Shown one piece after another: positions 26,539 to 36,938 of a stretch of DNA of 64,000 nucleotides. The stretch lies in the IMG/VR virus record IMGVR_UViG_3300028569_002417, positions 1 through 64,000 of that record; one strand, given 5' to 3'. The notes under the pieces are model-generated. The model saw only the letters and a list, made by a program, of their open reading frames with translations. It made no database searches and was not told where the DNA came from. Position numbers and translations under genes: made by a program. Position 1 is the stretch's first letter. Every line of letters starts with the position of its first letter.

Positions 26539-27071
26539 TACTCCTCCAAAATACCATTATGGTAAAGAGAACGCACAAGTTTCATTAGATGTTTGCACAT
26601 TCCGGGCATTTCCAATGGATTAGAAGAACCCGGATTTATCTTTGCTTCATATTTCCTTCTTACTCTACCGTATAAAGATCTGTCTCTATGGTCTTCAAAG
26701 TTAAAGCGCCATTTGAAGTCGTTGCACCCGCAGCGAAGGACAACCTCTTTTCTAAGGTTTAGTTTTTCAAAGAAACATTTTCGGCCATTACTTGCGACGA
26801 TCTCTGCCCAATTCTGGTTTTTGGAATTGTGATAAATCACATTCTTGAACAAGATCATGGGCTTATATTCCGTGCCTTTCATTTCATTCTTCGCCAATCC
26901 TTTGACGAATAAAGTTTTCACACCTTGATATGGGACATACGACAAGTTTGCAATTGTGATCTCGTCAATTGCGTGCTGCCTTTTTGTAGTCCTTGGGAAT
27001 GCATCTATTGTACTTAAATACAATCCTTCAAGGTTTGACTCTTTCAGATCGAGCCATTGATGGAACTTCAT
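26538..27071 (-). CDS. SWIM-type zinc-finger protein with capsid-targeting-like leader
   Basis: RCGCNDF...NP...GMCKHL; MKFHQWLDLKES. Confidence 0.7.
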   Translation of the reverse strand: MKFHQWLDLKESNLEGLYLSTIDAFPRTTKRQHAIDEITIANLSYVPYQGVKTLFVKGLAKNEMKGTEYKPMILFKNVIYHNSKNQNWAEIVASNGRKCFFEKLNLRKEVVLRCGCNDFKWRFNFEDHRDRSLYGRVRRKYEAKINPGSSNPLEMPGMCKHLMKLVRSLYHNGILEE

Positions 27072-27160
27072 AACTATATTTACACATTCAAAAATAAATT
27101 CAAAGCAATATAACTCTTATTAATTTGCAGTTCATGTATTGTGGTGAAATTCGGAGAAAT

Positions 27161-27463
27161 ATGACTGACTCGAATGCATCAGAAATTTTCAATCCTGAAG
27201 AAATAGGGATGAAAAAGTTTGAAGTCCGAACTCGTCCAGCCAAGGGTGGAGGATTAGAAAACGCCATTTTTATTGGCGGTGAACTGCTTGATTGGCAAGT
27301 TAATTTGAACAGTTTAATGGAGGCATCCAAAATGGGGCCACATTATATGAGAGAAGTTCAAAAAGACATAGAACGTCATTTTATAGAGTCAGTTTCCGAT
27401 TTCATTGGAAGAAAAGTGACGGCTGAAGATATTAAAATCGCCACCAAAACAGGCTGGATTTAA
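27161..27463 (+). CDS. hypothetical protein
   Basis: GGAGA SD before MTDSNASE. Confidence 0.65.
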   Translation: MTDSNASEIFNPEEIGMKKFEVRTRPAKGGGLENAIFIGGELLDWQVNLNSLMEASKMGPHYMREVQKDIERHFIESVSDFIGRKVTAEDIKIATKTGWI

Positions 27464-27524
27464 TTTCTCCGTGTCATAACCCTGATGGGAGGTGATATCA
27501 GTTTATTGACAATGCGAGAAATGG

Positions 27525-27565
27525 GAAAGGGCTGATTGGTTCGTGCCAATCAGCCCTTTCTTTTT
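27525..27565. terminator. intrinsic terminator
   Basis: gaaagggctgattgg-ttcgtg-ccaatcagccctttc followed by a T-run. Confidence 0.8.
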
Positions 27566-29030
27566 AGTTCAACCAAGTTTTTTTCTTGCCAGCCCTAACA
27601 TGTCCCAATATCGACTCCAAGAAAATATTGTTATTCCTCTCTTCTCTACTCTCCTTACGCACTCTACTGGCGACACTTCCATCAGATTTTCCCATAAAAT
27701 TTTCAGTATCAGGGGCACTACTACTAGGAGCGGCAGGAGGAGCAGGAGCAGCAGCAGGAGCAGCAGCAGGAGCAGCAGCAGGAGCGGCACCACCTTGAGC
27801 AGCACCACCTTGAGCAGCAGCAGCTTGAGCAGCAGCAGCTTGTCTTCTTTCTTTTCTTTGTTGTCTATCTTGTTGATCATAGCCTTTTGACAAGGTGTTG
27901 AATTGTTTTTGGAAACCATTTACGAAACGTATAAAATTTGCATCAGGTAGAATTCCTAAACCTTGCATATTTTTGATAAGTTGTTTTATTTTTTGTTGCA
28001 CAGCTTGAAAATGAGGCAAATCTCTTTGCTGGTCTTTGAGTCGCTGCATATTTTCTCCAGCATTTCCTTGAGGACCACCCCATTGTCCTGTTGACATCCA
28101 TGCTCCTGCATTTGTCATTTTTCGACCAAGCCAATCAGCGGCTCCACTGAAAATATTTTCATTATTAATCAAACAATATTCAATGTAAAGATCAAGAACA
28201 CGATCTAGATCAATTCCTTGAAAAGCTAATTCCTCAAGAGAAGATTTAACTTCAGAATAAATTCTAGATCTTTCCCTAATCCCTAAATCATAAGAAATGT
28301 AAGGATTGAAGCCTTCTTTATTCATGTATCGTGATTGGGTTGTGTCCCTTCTTCTTGCAGCTATATTAGCTTGCAAACCGGTATCTATTACTTGTGGCTT
28401 TGCTGCTTGTACTGCTGCCGCTGCTTGTTCTTTACTCCATTGGTTTATTCGACCAATCATATCGTCTTGTGCTGGTTGCTGCGCTTGCTGTTGTGCTGGT
28501 TGTGTTTTATTTATCTCATCATCCAAGTTGAGATCTTGTTGCTGTTGATTTTGCTGCTGTCTTTGACCATAAACTTGGTTGCTTCTTCTTGCCGGAGTAG
28601 CATTAGAGATATTTCTTAATCCTTGCAATCCACGCATTAAATTTGTGGCAAGATCTTTACCCAATATAGCATTTATATTTGTTGAAACATTTGCTCTTTT
28701 ATACAAATTGTTAATTGCTGCTTCCAAATCCATAACAGAACGATTCAAAAGGTCTTTTTTATCTTGTCTTCCTTGTCTTTTAAGTCCCCTCAGCGATGTT
28801 GGTTGACTTCTTGGTGGTGCCATTGATTGTTGAAGTGAATTTACTTTTGATTGAAAATAATTTCCTAAAAACTCGTCTAATCTTCCGCTGACATAGTAAT
28901 TTGCACCTTTTGCATCAAACCATTCTACAAACTCGTTAAGATCGATACCAACTTCGACCATAGCCTGTAAAGCCTCACGAAGAGCCATGACGTTTTTGTG
29001 TTCGGTAAGTTTTTCTGTAAATGACTTCAT
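27564..29030 (-). CDS. Gln/Ala-rich putative internal head/core protein
   Basis: MKSFTEKLTE leader, internal repeat of L.....GIDL, poly-Q and PAAA runs. Confidence 0.75.
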   Translation of the reverse strand: MKSFTEKLTEHKNVMALREALQAMVEVGIDLNEFVEWFDAKGANYYVSGRLDEFLGNYFQSKVNSLQQSMAPPRSQPTSLRGLKRQGRQDKKDLLNRSVMDLEAAINNLYKRANVSTNINAILGKDLATNLMRGLQGLRNISNATPARRSNQVYGQRQQQNQQQQDLNLDDEINKTQPAQQQAQQPAQDDMIGRINQWSKEQAAAAVQAAKPQVIDTGLQANIAARRRDTTQSRYMNKEGFNPYISYDLGIRERSRIYSEVKSSLEELAFQGIDLDRVLDLYIEYCLINNENIFSGAADWLGRKMTNAGAWMSTGQWGGPQGNAGENMQRLKDQQRDLPHFQAVQQKIKQLIKNMQGLGILPDANFIRFVNGFQKQFNTLSKGYDQQDRQQRKERRQAAAAQAAAAQGGAAQGGAAPAAAPAAAPAAAPAPPAAPSSSAPDTENFMGKSDGSVASRVRKESREERNNNIFLESILGHVRAGKKKTWLN

Positions 29031-29038
29031 ATGAATCC

Positions 29039-29824
29039 TTAATTTGGCAATTTATATTTGTAATTCTGCAATTCCATTTTCACGAATGGAAGAACAGGCA
29101 AAGGCCTCTTTTCGTTATATATTGGCTCTAAAGCATTATCTAACTCATCATTCCATTTTTTTAGCATTTTTATGTCAGTAAAATAAGATTGATGGTTCAT
29201 TAGCTGATCTTTATGCTTTCTAATGGCCCTACATACGCCTATAGCCTTAAAATCATTAGTTTGGCATAAAGGCCCACCACTGTCTCCGATCATCGAATAG
29301 GCGTTAGTTCTGATTAAATCTTTGAATATTTCAGGTTTACTTGTCTTGGTCTGAGTTATTTGTCCATAATCAATCCTTGCATCATCCATCATTCCAAATC
29401 CTACATGAAAAATATTGCTTCCCATCATTGTTTTGTGATTGAAATCTAATTCCATAACAGGCATTTTTTCATCTGATTCAAAAACTCCAATTGCCAAATC
29501 CATATTTTCTTCTAGAGCATAAATGAACATAGGCATTGTTTTTTCTGATTCAACTTCAGAAATATTCTTGTATTTGAATTGTTTCACCAAGAAAGGACCA
29601 TTTCCTTCAACTGTGTGTTGGGCAGTTATAAGTGCGTTTCTATATTTCTTACCATGTTTTGTAGAACGAACCACAAATCCAGTTCCTCCACTTTGATTTA
29701 TTGTGTCAATAATCATGACTGTGGGATAAAGACATGATTCAAAAATCTTAAGATTTGGTTTTTCTTGAGAATAAGAAAAAAGAAGAAATAGGAAAAGACA
29801 TAGAAGAGAAATTAATTTTTTCAT
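29039..29824 (-). CDS. trypsin-like (S1) serine protease with signal peptide
   Basis: GTGF, ITAQH, DLAI, GDSGGP. Confidence 0.88.
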   Translation of the reverse strand: MKKLISLLCLFLFLLFSYSQEKPNLKIFESCLYPTVMIIDTINQSGGTGFVVRSTKHGKKYRNALITAQHTVEGNGPFLVKQFKYKNISEVESEKTMPMFIYALEENMDLAIGVFESDEKMPVMELDFNHKTMMGSNIFHVGFGMMDDARIDYGQITQTKTSKPEIFKDLIRTNAYSMIGDSGGPLCQTNDFKAIGVCRAIRKHKDQLMNHQSYFTDIKMLKKWNDELDNALEPIYNEKRPLPVLPFVKMELQNYKYKLPN

Positions 29825-29856
29825 GCGCCCTCACTTTTTATTTAGTAGGGGAATAA

Positions 29857-29889
29857 AAAAATCGCCCAGAATGATCTGAGCGACTTTTT
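29857..29889. terminator. intrinsic terminator
   Basis: aaaaatcgcccaga-atga-tctgagcgacttttt. Confidence 0.6.
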
Positions 29890-29907
29890 GAAAGATTTTA
29901 TTGATTA

Positions 29908-30141
29908 TCAGCCATTAATCCAAGTACCACCAGAGCCGTTGCTGTAGTCATCAATTGCCTGAGGAACATCGGTGAAAACTTCGCCATCGACAAGTTGAAG
30001 AACTTTATGATTACCAGCATCAACAGTTTCAATATAACCAGTACGCTGGAGTGAAACGCCGTTGAGGATTGATGTGTCGAGTGAACCTTCGGTTCCAAGG
30101 TTGATTAATGTCGGAGTGAGAGCAAGAGTGTATGTTGCCAT
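29908..30141 (-). CDS. small putative virion protein
   Basis: 77 aa, T/G-rich, GGGA upstream. Confidence 0.6.
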   Translation of the reverse strand: MATYTLALTPTLINLGTEGSLDTSILNGVSLQRTGYIETVDAGNHKVLQLVDGEVFTDVPQAIDDYSNGSGGTWING

Positions 30142-30201
30142 ATTTATCCCTTTATAAAAGAGGTTTACGAATTATATATGCTGCAAAGGGCAAATTATTC
30201 A

Positions 30202-30534
30202 TCAAGTTAAAGGTTGTAAAGTAAAATTCAACCTGATTTTGCCGGAAATCGCAAAAATGTCTACGCAAACATTTCTGCTTGATCCATCAAACGAAACAAT
30301 CGTCCAATTAGGATTGGTCAGCAGCATTCTCCTTGGGAGTAATAATTCGTAATACACCCAAGTTCCATTATTTATGTTGTACTTTATAATATTTTCAGAA
30401 ACATTAGAAAGGATTATAACTTCACCTGTTTCTACGACGATAGCTTTGCTTTTGTCGGCTTGGCTATTGAGCATTGCCAAAAGAGTTTCTTTAGGCAATG
30501 TTTGTAAATTTGTACATGGTTGTGAAATAATCAT
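30202..30534 (-). CDS. hypothetical protein
   Basis: likely start MIISQ after cataaata motif. Confidence 0.55.
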   Translation of the reverse strand: MIISQPCTNLQTLPKETLLAMLNSQADKSKAIVVETGEVIILSNVSENIIKYNINNGTWVYYELLLPRRMLLTNPNWTIVSFDGSSRNVCVDIFAISGKIRLNFTLQPLT

Positions 30535-30562
30535 AGTTTTTTCTCTATTACCAAAGGTATTT

Positions 30563-30772
30563 ATGAGCAACGATCAACAAAAAGAAGATTGTTATTTTTA
30601 CACAGACATTTCCTTGTCCAAAGATGAACAGGAAATCAGTGCTTTATGCATAGAGTGTTATAAAAAAAATCAGATAAATGGTTGGTTTTGGGAAGGCTCA
30701 AGATTAGGTTATGGTCCTTATGATTTTATTTGCAAAAAATGCGGCCATGAAATTCATAAAAAAAGAGGTTGA
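30563..30772 (+). CDS. small zinc-ribbon protein
   Basis: CIEC...CKKC; AAGGT upstream. Confidence 0.6.
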   Translation: MSNDQQKEDCYFYTDISLSKDEQEISALCIECYKKNQINGWFWEGSRLGYGPYDFICKKCGHEIHKKRG

Positions 30773-31530
30773 AAATGAAAATAACCCGTCCAGTAATTAA
30801 GATTACGAATGATAAGTGGTCGCTGAAAGACTGGATTATTTCAAATTTTCCAGAAGGTTATGAGGAAATGACATATGTCGAACCTTACGGAGGAACTGTT
30901 GATTTACTTTTCACAAAGAAAAAATCAAAGTTTGAAATAATAAACGATCAAAACCTTGAAATAATCAATATTTACAGGGCAATAAGAGACGAATCAGCAG
31001 AATTAATTAAAAGAATCAATTCTCTCAAATGCACACCAGAATCATTCGATAAAGTAATTAAAAAACAACAATTTGAAGATTACCTCGATCAAGCCACAAG
31101 TGACTTAATCCTAAGAAAATTGAGCAAAGGTGGTCTTAAACAAAAATTCCAAAAACCAAGTAATCTTGAAAGTTGGAAAAGCAGTGTCAAAAGCCTAACA
31201 GAATATTCCACAAGAATAAAAGATGTTTACATTACGAACAAACAAGCTTTGGACATTATCCATGCTTTCAACACAAAAGATTCTTTGATATATTGTGATC
31301 CTCCTTATCTTCATGAGAATAAAGTTTCAAAATCAGTTTACAGTAGTGAAATGACACCAGAATGTCACATAAAATTGTATCATGTGTTACAAGATTTCAA
31401 AGGTAAAGTCATATTGAGCGGTTGCACTTCACCTTTGTATAATCGTCTTTATAAAAATTGGAATATTGAAAAAAAGAGAATAGATAAAGACAAGAGTAAA
31501 CAGACCGAAATCATTTGGAAAAATTTTTAG
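30769..31530 (+). CDS. dam: DNA adenine methyltransferase (D12/Dam class)
   Basis: YVEPYGG, EIIND, YCDPPY. Confidence 0.85.
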   Translation: MKMKITRPVIKITNDKWSLKDWIISNFPEGYEEMTYVEPYGGTVDLLFTKKKSKFEIINDQNLEIINIYRAIRDESAELIKRINSLKCTPESFDKVIKKQQFEDYLDQATSDLILRKLSKGGLKQKFQKPSNLESWKSSVKSLTEYSTRIKDVYITNKQALDIIHAFNTKDSLIYCDPPYLHENKVSKSVYSSEMTPECHIKLYHVLQDFKGKVILSGCTSPLYNRLYKNWNIEKKRIDKDKSKQTEIIWKNF

Positions 31531-31540
31531 GTATAAAAAA

Positions 31541-31774
31541 ATGAAATGTGAAATGCCTGATTGTCAGAACGAAAGCTTAAAAAAAGTTTCCAAAAGTGGA
31601 ATTTTTTATGGAGTTTGCTTAGATGACCACACGATTATGGTGTGTAATGACCATACTATCAATGAAATTAATGAGCTTATCAATAACTCATGTAATGAAA
31701 AATCTTTAGATCAACAAATGTGTAATCCATTTGCTGATTCTTTATTGTTAAAGAAATCAAGGAATTTTGTCTAA
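31541..31774 (+). CDS. small Cys-containing protein
   Basis: 77-aa ORF. Confidence 0.55.
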   Translation: MKCEMPDCQNESLKKVSKSGIFYGVCLDDHTIMVCNDHTINEINELINNSCNEKSLDQQMCNPFADSLLLKKSRNFV

Positions 31775-31781
31775 ATAATTT

Positions 31782-31973
31782 ATGAAACTTAGCTTCAAAG
31801 AATTCATGTCAAAAGATCAGCCAAAAAGCACGACAGATTTGCGTAATGACGGAATGACTATTGATTTTGAAGGCGAAGATTCAAAAAACAAACCACCAAT
31901 AAAATCGAAAAAAATATCAGGACTAAATCCTGATAAGATGTACGGAAAAAGGAAGAAAAATGAGCTTCCGTAA
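31782..31973 (+). CDS. small putative head protein
   Basis: MKLSFKEFM leader; ctaaataatttATG. Confidence 0.65.
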   Translation: MKLSFKEFMSKDQPKSTTDLRNDGMTIDFEGEDSKNKPPIKSKKISGLNPDKMYGKRKKNELP

Positions 31974-32286
31974 ACTTTGGGAAAACATGAATTCGGATAA
32001 GGGCAATAGGCAACCACAAGAGGTTGATGAGTCTGCACTTACCGCAATAAAAAGTGGAATTGGAGTAAATGAAACCTTTTGGAGTGATTTCATTCAGGTT
32101 CTCAATAACTCTGAAGGTCTTTCTGTATTGCTTGATGTGCCTATAGATGAAATAAGCACTTGGCGCAAAAAAATAGAAAATGCGATTGATGCAATTGAAG
32201 CTAGAGATGGCGAACTCAGTATAAAGAAAAATAAAAAAATTATGAAAACCAATCTTCCAGACGATGAAGATTTTGATGGTGCTTGA
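31960..32286 (+). CDS. hypothetical protein
   Basis: MSFRKLWE leader, coupled. Confidence 0.7.
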   Translation: MSFRKLWENMNSDKGNRQPQEVDESALTAIKSGIGVNETFWSDFIQVLNNSEGLSVLLDVPIDEISTWRKKIENAIDAIEARDGELSIKKNKKIMKTNLPDDEDFDGA

Positions 32287-32296
32287 AAGGCAAAAT

Positions 32297-32716
32297 ATGA
32301 TAAGTTTTCTTGATTACCTACAACTGCGTGAAGATGATGAAATGCAAGATGCTAGTCATCCTAGCAATGATGCAAATCAAATGCAGGCCGTTAATCCTCC
32401 TAGCGATATGCCAATGGATAAGGCATCTGGATCAGGAGATAAACCAGTTGTTCCGGGTGATGGTCACAGTGAAAAACGCTTAGAAGAACTTAAAAACAAA
32501 TTAAATCACTTTCTCAATGAAAAACTTTTACCTGCAATTAAACATGGAAAAGTAAGCAAAGAAGATGCAATGAAATTAGTTCAGACTGAAATTTCAGCAT
32601 TTTCTAACTTAATTGGTATGGACGCTGCGAGTGGTAATGAAACTAGCAAAAACGCCATGGCGACTAACTCTGAACCTTTATCGCCTGTTCCTAACCAACC
32701 TACAGCAAATGGGTAA
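32297..32716 (+). CDS. putative head protein
   Basis: MISFLDYLQLRE leader. Confidence 0.7.
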   Translation: MISFLDYLQLREDDEMQDASHPSNDANQMQAVNPPSDMPMDKASGSGDKPVVPGDGHSEKRLEELKNKLNHFLNEKLLPAIKHGKVSKEDAMKLVQTEISAFSNLIGMDAASGNETSKNAMATNSEPLSPVPNQPTANG

Positions 32717-32718
32717 TT

Positions 32719-33840
32719 ATGAGAAGAGAAAGAATCGTATCAAGCGATCAAACAAGAAAAAAAATACAAGAAGCACTCAAGAGAAAAAATAACTTGGCTC
32801 TTCCGGGTGGAGTTGCTCCACCTGAAAAAATTCATGAATTAAGGAAAAACATAAATGTTGCAAACAAAAACAAAGATATGTTAAAACATGAACAAAAAAA
32901 AGTAACACATAGAATAGAAAGACCTCGTAATAATCCTATCAGGAGGCCAACAACTCAATATCTTACAAAAATAGAATCAGAAGTTACAAGATTATCTTTG
33001 CCAGAAAAAGGCAGTTTCAATGCTGGCTTGGTTGATTTAGGGGACAAATATCTTCTTGTTTATCGTCCCGATGAAATTGAACTAATAGCCTGTTTTTTAA
33101 CATATGACTATGTTGTTGTTCCAAATTCATTCTATAAATTCAAACTTCTTTATGTTTCTGACCCAAGATTAATTATAACTCCAGATAAAAAAGTATTGAT
33201 GTCTTATTCAAGATATACTTTCAACAATAATAATGAAAATATTGAAGGAAATATAATCATGGATTTGAATAAATCCAATAATGATATATTTCAAGGAGAA
33301 ACAATATCAATTAGTCCTAAGTCTATAGGAAGACAGAAAAATTGGATGCCTTTTATTCATGAGGAAAAATTATATTTTATAGCGCATGTTTGCCCTCATG
33401 TCATATATGAGGTTGATTGGAATGGCGAAAAAGAATCAGCTATTGTTCATATGGTCAATTGGAGACACAATTGGTTTTTGAATGAAGAACTTCGTGGCAA
33501 TACAAATGCAATAATGTTGGAAGACGGTAATTATCTTTGCACATTTCACACTGCTATGAGGAAAGGATCATGTAGTTTTTATGACAATGGAGCTTATATT
33601 TTTGAAGGAAAACCTCCTTTCAAACCTTTAGAATGCGGCCACAGAACTTATTTAAGAGCAGAGGCTGCTAAAGAGAAACATTTTAGAAAATCAGGAATAA
33701 TTATTTGCACATTTCCAATAAGCATGACTACAAAAGATAATAAATTGATAATAAGTTATGGCGATAATGATTCATGTGTAAAAATTATGGAAACGACAAT
33801 CGATGAAATGAAAAAAACCATGTCTAAAATTGGATGTTAA
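32719..33840 (+). CDS. beta-propeller glycosidase-like (GH130-like) protein
   Basis: FNAGL, DPRL, QKNWMPF, LRG, ISYGDND. Confidence 0.7.
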   Translation: MRRERIVSSDQTRKKIQEALKRKNNLALPGGVAPPEKIHELRKNINVANKNKDMLKHEQKKVTHRIERPRNNPIRRPTTQYLTKIESEVTRLSLPEKGSFNAGLVDLGDKYLLVYRPDEIELIACFLTYDYVVVPNSFYKFKLLYVSDPRLIITPDKKVLMSYSRYTFNNNNENIEGNIIMDLNKSNNDIFQGETISISPKSIGRQKNWMPFIHEEKLYFIAHVCPHVIYEVDWNGEKESAIVHMVNWRHNWFLNEELRGNTNAIMLEDGNYLCTFHTAMRKGSCSFYDNGAYIFEGKPPFKPLECGHRTYLRAEAAKEKHFRKSGIIICTFPISMTTKDNKLIISYGDNDSCVKIMETTIDEMKKTMSKIGC

Positions 33841-34905
33841 ATGCTTATGCACTATGTTCACAAAATATCACTGATGATTCACACAGCATCTTATGATGAT
33901 TTTTTAGAAAGTCAAGGAATTCCTAGTTATTTCACTGCTCTTCTAAAGAATTTAAGTCAACAAACCATCAAAGAGTTTGAACTTGTTTATGTTGATACTT
34001 TTTATGAGGACAACAAAGAAAAATTTGATAGTTTACTTCCCGGTCTGAAGTTTATTGTCAAACATGTTCCTGTTCATAAAGATCACAGATACTGGTATGA
34101 CAAAGGATACACATATATTTCAGCAGCAAAGAACACAGGCATATTACATGCTGATGGTGAAATTTGTGTTACTTGCGATGATGCAGAATTTTTCCCAAGT
34201 GATTTTCTAGAGACATATTTGAAACATTACAGAAGAGGATGTTTCATGTTTGGAATGCATCATCGCATGAAAAACATTAAAACAGAAAATGGAATACCAG
34301 TTTTTCCAATTACCGGCGAATTTTATATCAATGATCATAGATTCAGCGCAATCCAAGCGCAAATTCATAAACATAAAAATGGTAGTTGGGGATTCGCAGG
34401 AACAAGTTTTAATCTCCAAGACGCTTTAACTTTGAATGGATTCAATGAAAGAATGGATGGATGCAAAAGTCTTGAAGATTGTGATTTTGGTAATCGCCTG
34501 CAATTATTAGGAAGAGAGTTCGTTCAAGACAAAAATGGAATTTTTTACATCGTTGACCATCCAAGTTACAGCGAAATGAAGCCAACTAATTGGGAAATTG
34601 GTTCTGATGGTCAAAAAGAAAATATTCAAATTAAACAGAATAAGAAAAAAATTGATAATCTTATTGCAGTTGAAAATTTTGGAGTATTTAAGTGTTCTAC
34701 TGAACTCAATGAAATTAGGGCTAATTCTGAACCTATTACAAATAAGCATTTGGAAATTATCAAGAGAGAAACTTTACGCTACAGGAATTTTGATCCTTTG
34801 GCTCCAGACAATGCAGAAAAATTTGAAATTTGGAAAAATGTTCCGACATTTGATCTGACACAACAAAGAAAAGAACTTAGAAGTTCTTCTGAATGGAGAT
34901 GGTGA
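33841..34905 (+). CDS. glycosyltransferase family 2/7-like
   Basis: FELVYVD, AAKNTGI, CDD, LNGFNE.MDG..LEDCDFG.RL. Confidence 0.8.
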   Translation: MLMHYVHKISLMIHTASYDDFLESQGIPSYFTALLKNLSQQTIKEFELVYVDTFYEDNKEKFDSLLPGLKFIVKHVPVHKDHRYWYDKGYTYISAAKNTGILHADGEICVTCDDAEFFPSDFLETYLKHYRRGCFMFGMHHRMKNIKTENGIPVFPITGEFYINDHRFSAIQAQIHKHKNGSWGFAGTSFNLQDALTLNGFNERMDGCKSLEDCDFGNRLQLLGREFVQDKNGIFYIVDHPSYSEMKPTNWEIGSDGQKENIQIKQNKKKIDNLIAVENFGVFKCSTELNEIRANSEPITNKHLEIIKRETLRYRNFDPLAPDNAEKFEIWKNVPTFDLTQQRKELRSSSEWRW

Positions 34906-35528
34906 TGGATATCAATAGTTTTTTAGAAACACATCTTCCTACTATTGAGGGATGGTGTGAAAAAGACAAAGCTCTTAAGTTGTATGACATCATAAGAGAA
35001 GTCAAACCTGATTTATGTGTAGAAATCGGTGTTTTTGGTGGGTCATCATTGATTCCTCAAGCTTTGGCTCTTAAACATAACAACAAAGGAACAATTGCTG
35101 GAATTGATCCATGGAGCAATAATTCTGCGATTGAAGAAATGGAAAACTTTGCCAATAAAAATTGGTGGGGACAAGTTGATCTTCAAGGTGTGTATGATAG
35201 ATTTTTGAATAAACTGAATATTTATGAAGTTGAGCAATTTTGCAAAATTATAAGAAAAAAATCTAATCAAGCTGTTTCTAGATTTGATGATTCAAGTATT
35301 GATGTTTTGCACATTGATGGAAACCATTGTGAAAAGCTTGCTTATGAAGATTCAGTAATGTATTATCCAAAAGTAAAGATTGGTGGTTATATTTTCTTTG
35401 ATGATATTGGATGGACAGAAAATTCAAAAACCATATCGACAGAAAAGGGTTTGAATTTTTTAATGCAATATTGTGAAAAGATCTGTTTGGTGGGAAAAGA
35501 TTGCATGGTTTTGAAAAAGGTAAAATAA
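34905..35528 (+). CDS. class I SAM methyltransferase (Methyltransf_24-like)
   Basis: VEIGVFGGSS, GIDPW, DVLHIDGNH, GGYIFFDD. Confidence 0.9.
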   Translation: MDINSFLETHLPTIEGWCEKDKALKLYDIIREVKPDLCVEIGVFGGSSLIPQALALKHNNKGTIAGIDPWSNNSAIEEMENFANKNWWGQVDLQGVYDRFLNKLNIYEVEQFCKIIRKKSNQAVSRFDDSSIDVLHIDGNHCEKLAYEDSVMYYPKVKIGGYIFFDDIGWTENSKTISTEKGLNFLMQYCEKICLVGKDCMVLKKVK

Positions 35529-35569
35529 TATCTTGCTTGAAAAGAGTAAATAGGTGACAGGAGGCAATC

Positions 35570-36004
35570 GTGAAAAAGAATCTTACATCAATTGAAATTC
35601 AAGATGATTTGACTAAATTGAACACATTCCTTGAAGATACTAAGCAAAAGTGGGATGTAGAAAATCCACAGCCGAAATCATGGTTTGACAAGAATAAAGT
35701 TTATTTGGTTAAAACAACAAAATTTCTTATTTCCTGTACTGATCAATTAATTAATTTAGTTCAGACTTTTGCAGCTGCTGGCCCAAATAAAAAGATTGCT
35801 GTTTTAGCTATTTCAACACAAATATTTGATTACATAGTTGCCAAAGCTTTTCCTATTTGGATTTCTCCATTTGTGCCAATGATCAAACAAATAGTTATTA
35901 CTATTATCATTAGCAATCTTATTGAATTCATTGTTGCTAAATACAAAGAAGGGTCATGGAATATGGAGAAAAAAAATGAGCCAATTGAACCAACAACAAC
36001 CTGA
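35570..36004 (+). CDS. membrane protein (holin-like candidate)
   Basis: GGAGG+GTG start, C-terminal hydrophobic helix, coupled to the S8 protease. Confidence 0.55.
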   Translation: MKKNLTSIEIQDDLTKLNTFLEDTKQKWDVENPQPKSWFDKNKVYLVKTTKFLISCTDQLINLVQTFAAAGPNKKIAVLAISTQIFDYIVAKAFPIWISPFVPMIKQIVITIIISNLIEFIVAKYKEGSWNMEKKNEPIEPTTT

Positions 36005-36938
36005 TAAAATTAGTCTTTTACCTTTTATTCGTGAAGATATTGCAAGTGCTCAAGAGGTAAGGCAAAAATCTGGCTGGGAGATTACGGCTTTTAATTTGCC
36101 ACAAGCTTGGAAAACAAGTCAGGGAGAAGGAGTTGTTGTAGCTGTTCTCGACACTGGCTGCGATATCAATCACGATGATCTTCGTGATAATCTTTTGACT
36201 GGAAAAAATTTCCTTAATCCATCTAGTCCTCCGATTGATGGCAATGGTCATGGAACTCATATTGCAGGAACAATTTGTGCTCTTGACAATGAATTTGGAA
36301 TAGTTGGCGTTGCTCCAAAAGCAAAAGTTATGCCAGTAAAGGTTCTTGACGATCAGGGATCTGGCAATCTTCCAGTAGTGGCAGAAGGGATTCGTTGGTC
36401 AGTGGATCAAGGAGTTGACTTTATTGTCATGTCTTTAGGTTCACCAAATCCAACTCCCGTAATTTATGATGCTATTATGTACGCTGCAAGTAAAGGAGTG
36501 GTTACTTGGTGCGCTGCTGGAAATGCTGGTAAAACGAGACAAATTTTTTATCCTGCTGCTTATCCAGAATGCATTGGAATAGGCGCAATTGATGAAAGCA
36601 TGCATAGGGCTAATTTTAGTTGCACTGGTCCTGATTTAGACTTTATGGCTCCGGGAGTCAAGATACTTAGTACCGTTCCTACTAATTGGTATTCTGTTCT
36701 TTCCGGTACTTCTATGGCAACGCCTTTTGCTGCTGGAGTGGCTTGCCTTTTGCTTTCACACAAAAGAAAATATAACTTGTCTATAAACCTTAGGAACGCT
36801 CAAGATTATATGGACATGCTTAGAAACTATACTATTCCAACTAATGATCCTAAATTCGCTGGTCAAAGGTTTTTAGAAGGATTTGGAATTATCGATCCAC
36901 GCAAAGTTAATGAATGGTTATCTCAACAACATTCTTAA
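35976..36938 (+). CDS. subtilisin-like S8 serine peptidase
   Basis: VAVLDTG, HGTHIAG, AAGN, SGTSMATP. Confidence 0.95.
   Translation: MSQLNQQQPDKISLLPFIREDIASAQEVRQKSGWEITAFNLPQAWKTSQGEGVVVAVLDTGCDINHDDLRDNLLTGKNFLNPSSPPIDGNGHGTHIAGTICALDNEFGIVGVAPKAKVMPVKVLDDQGSGNLPVVAEGIRWSVDQGVDFIVMSLGSPNPTPVIYDAIMYAASKGVVTWCAAGNAGKTRQIFYPAAYPECIGIGAIDESMHRANFSCTGPDLDFMAPGVKILSTVPTNWYSVLSGTSMATPFAAGVACLLLSHKRKYNLSINLRNAQDYMDMLRNYTIPTNDPKFAGQRFLEGFGIIDPRKVNEWLSQQHS

Noticed and set aside
27543-28806. Poly-Leu, poly-Ser and Cys-rich ORFs
   Set aside because: Shadow frames of the Ala/Gln repeats in 27564-29030.
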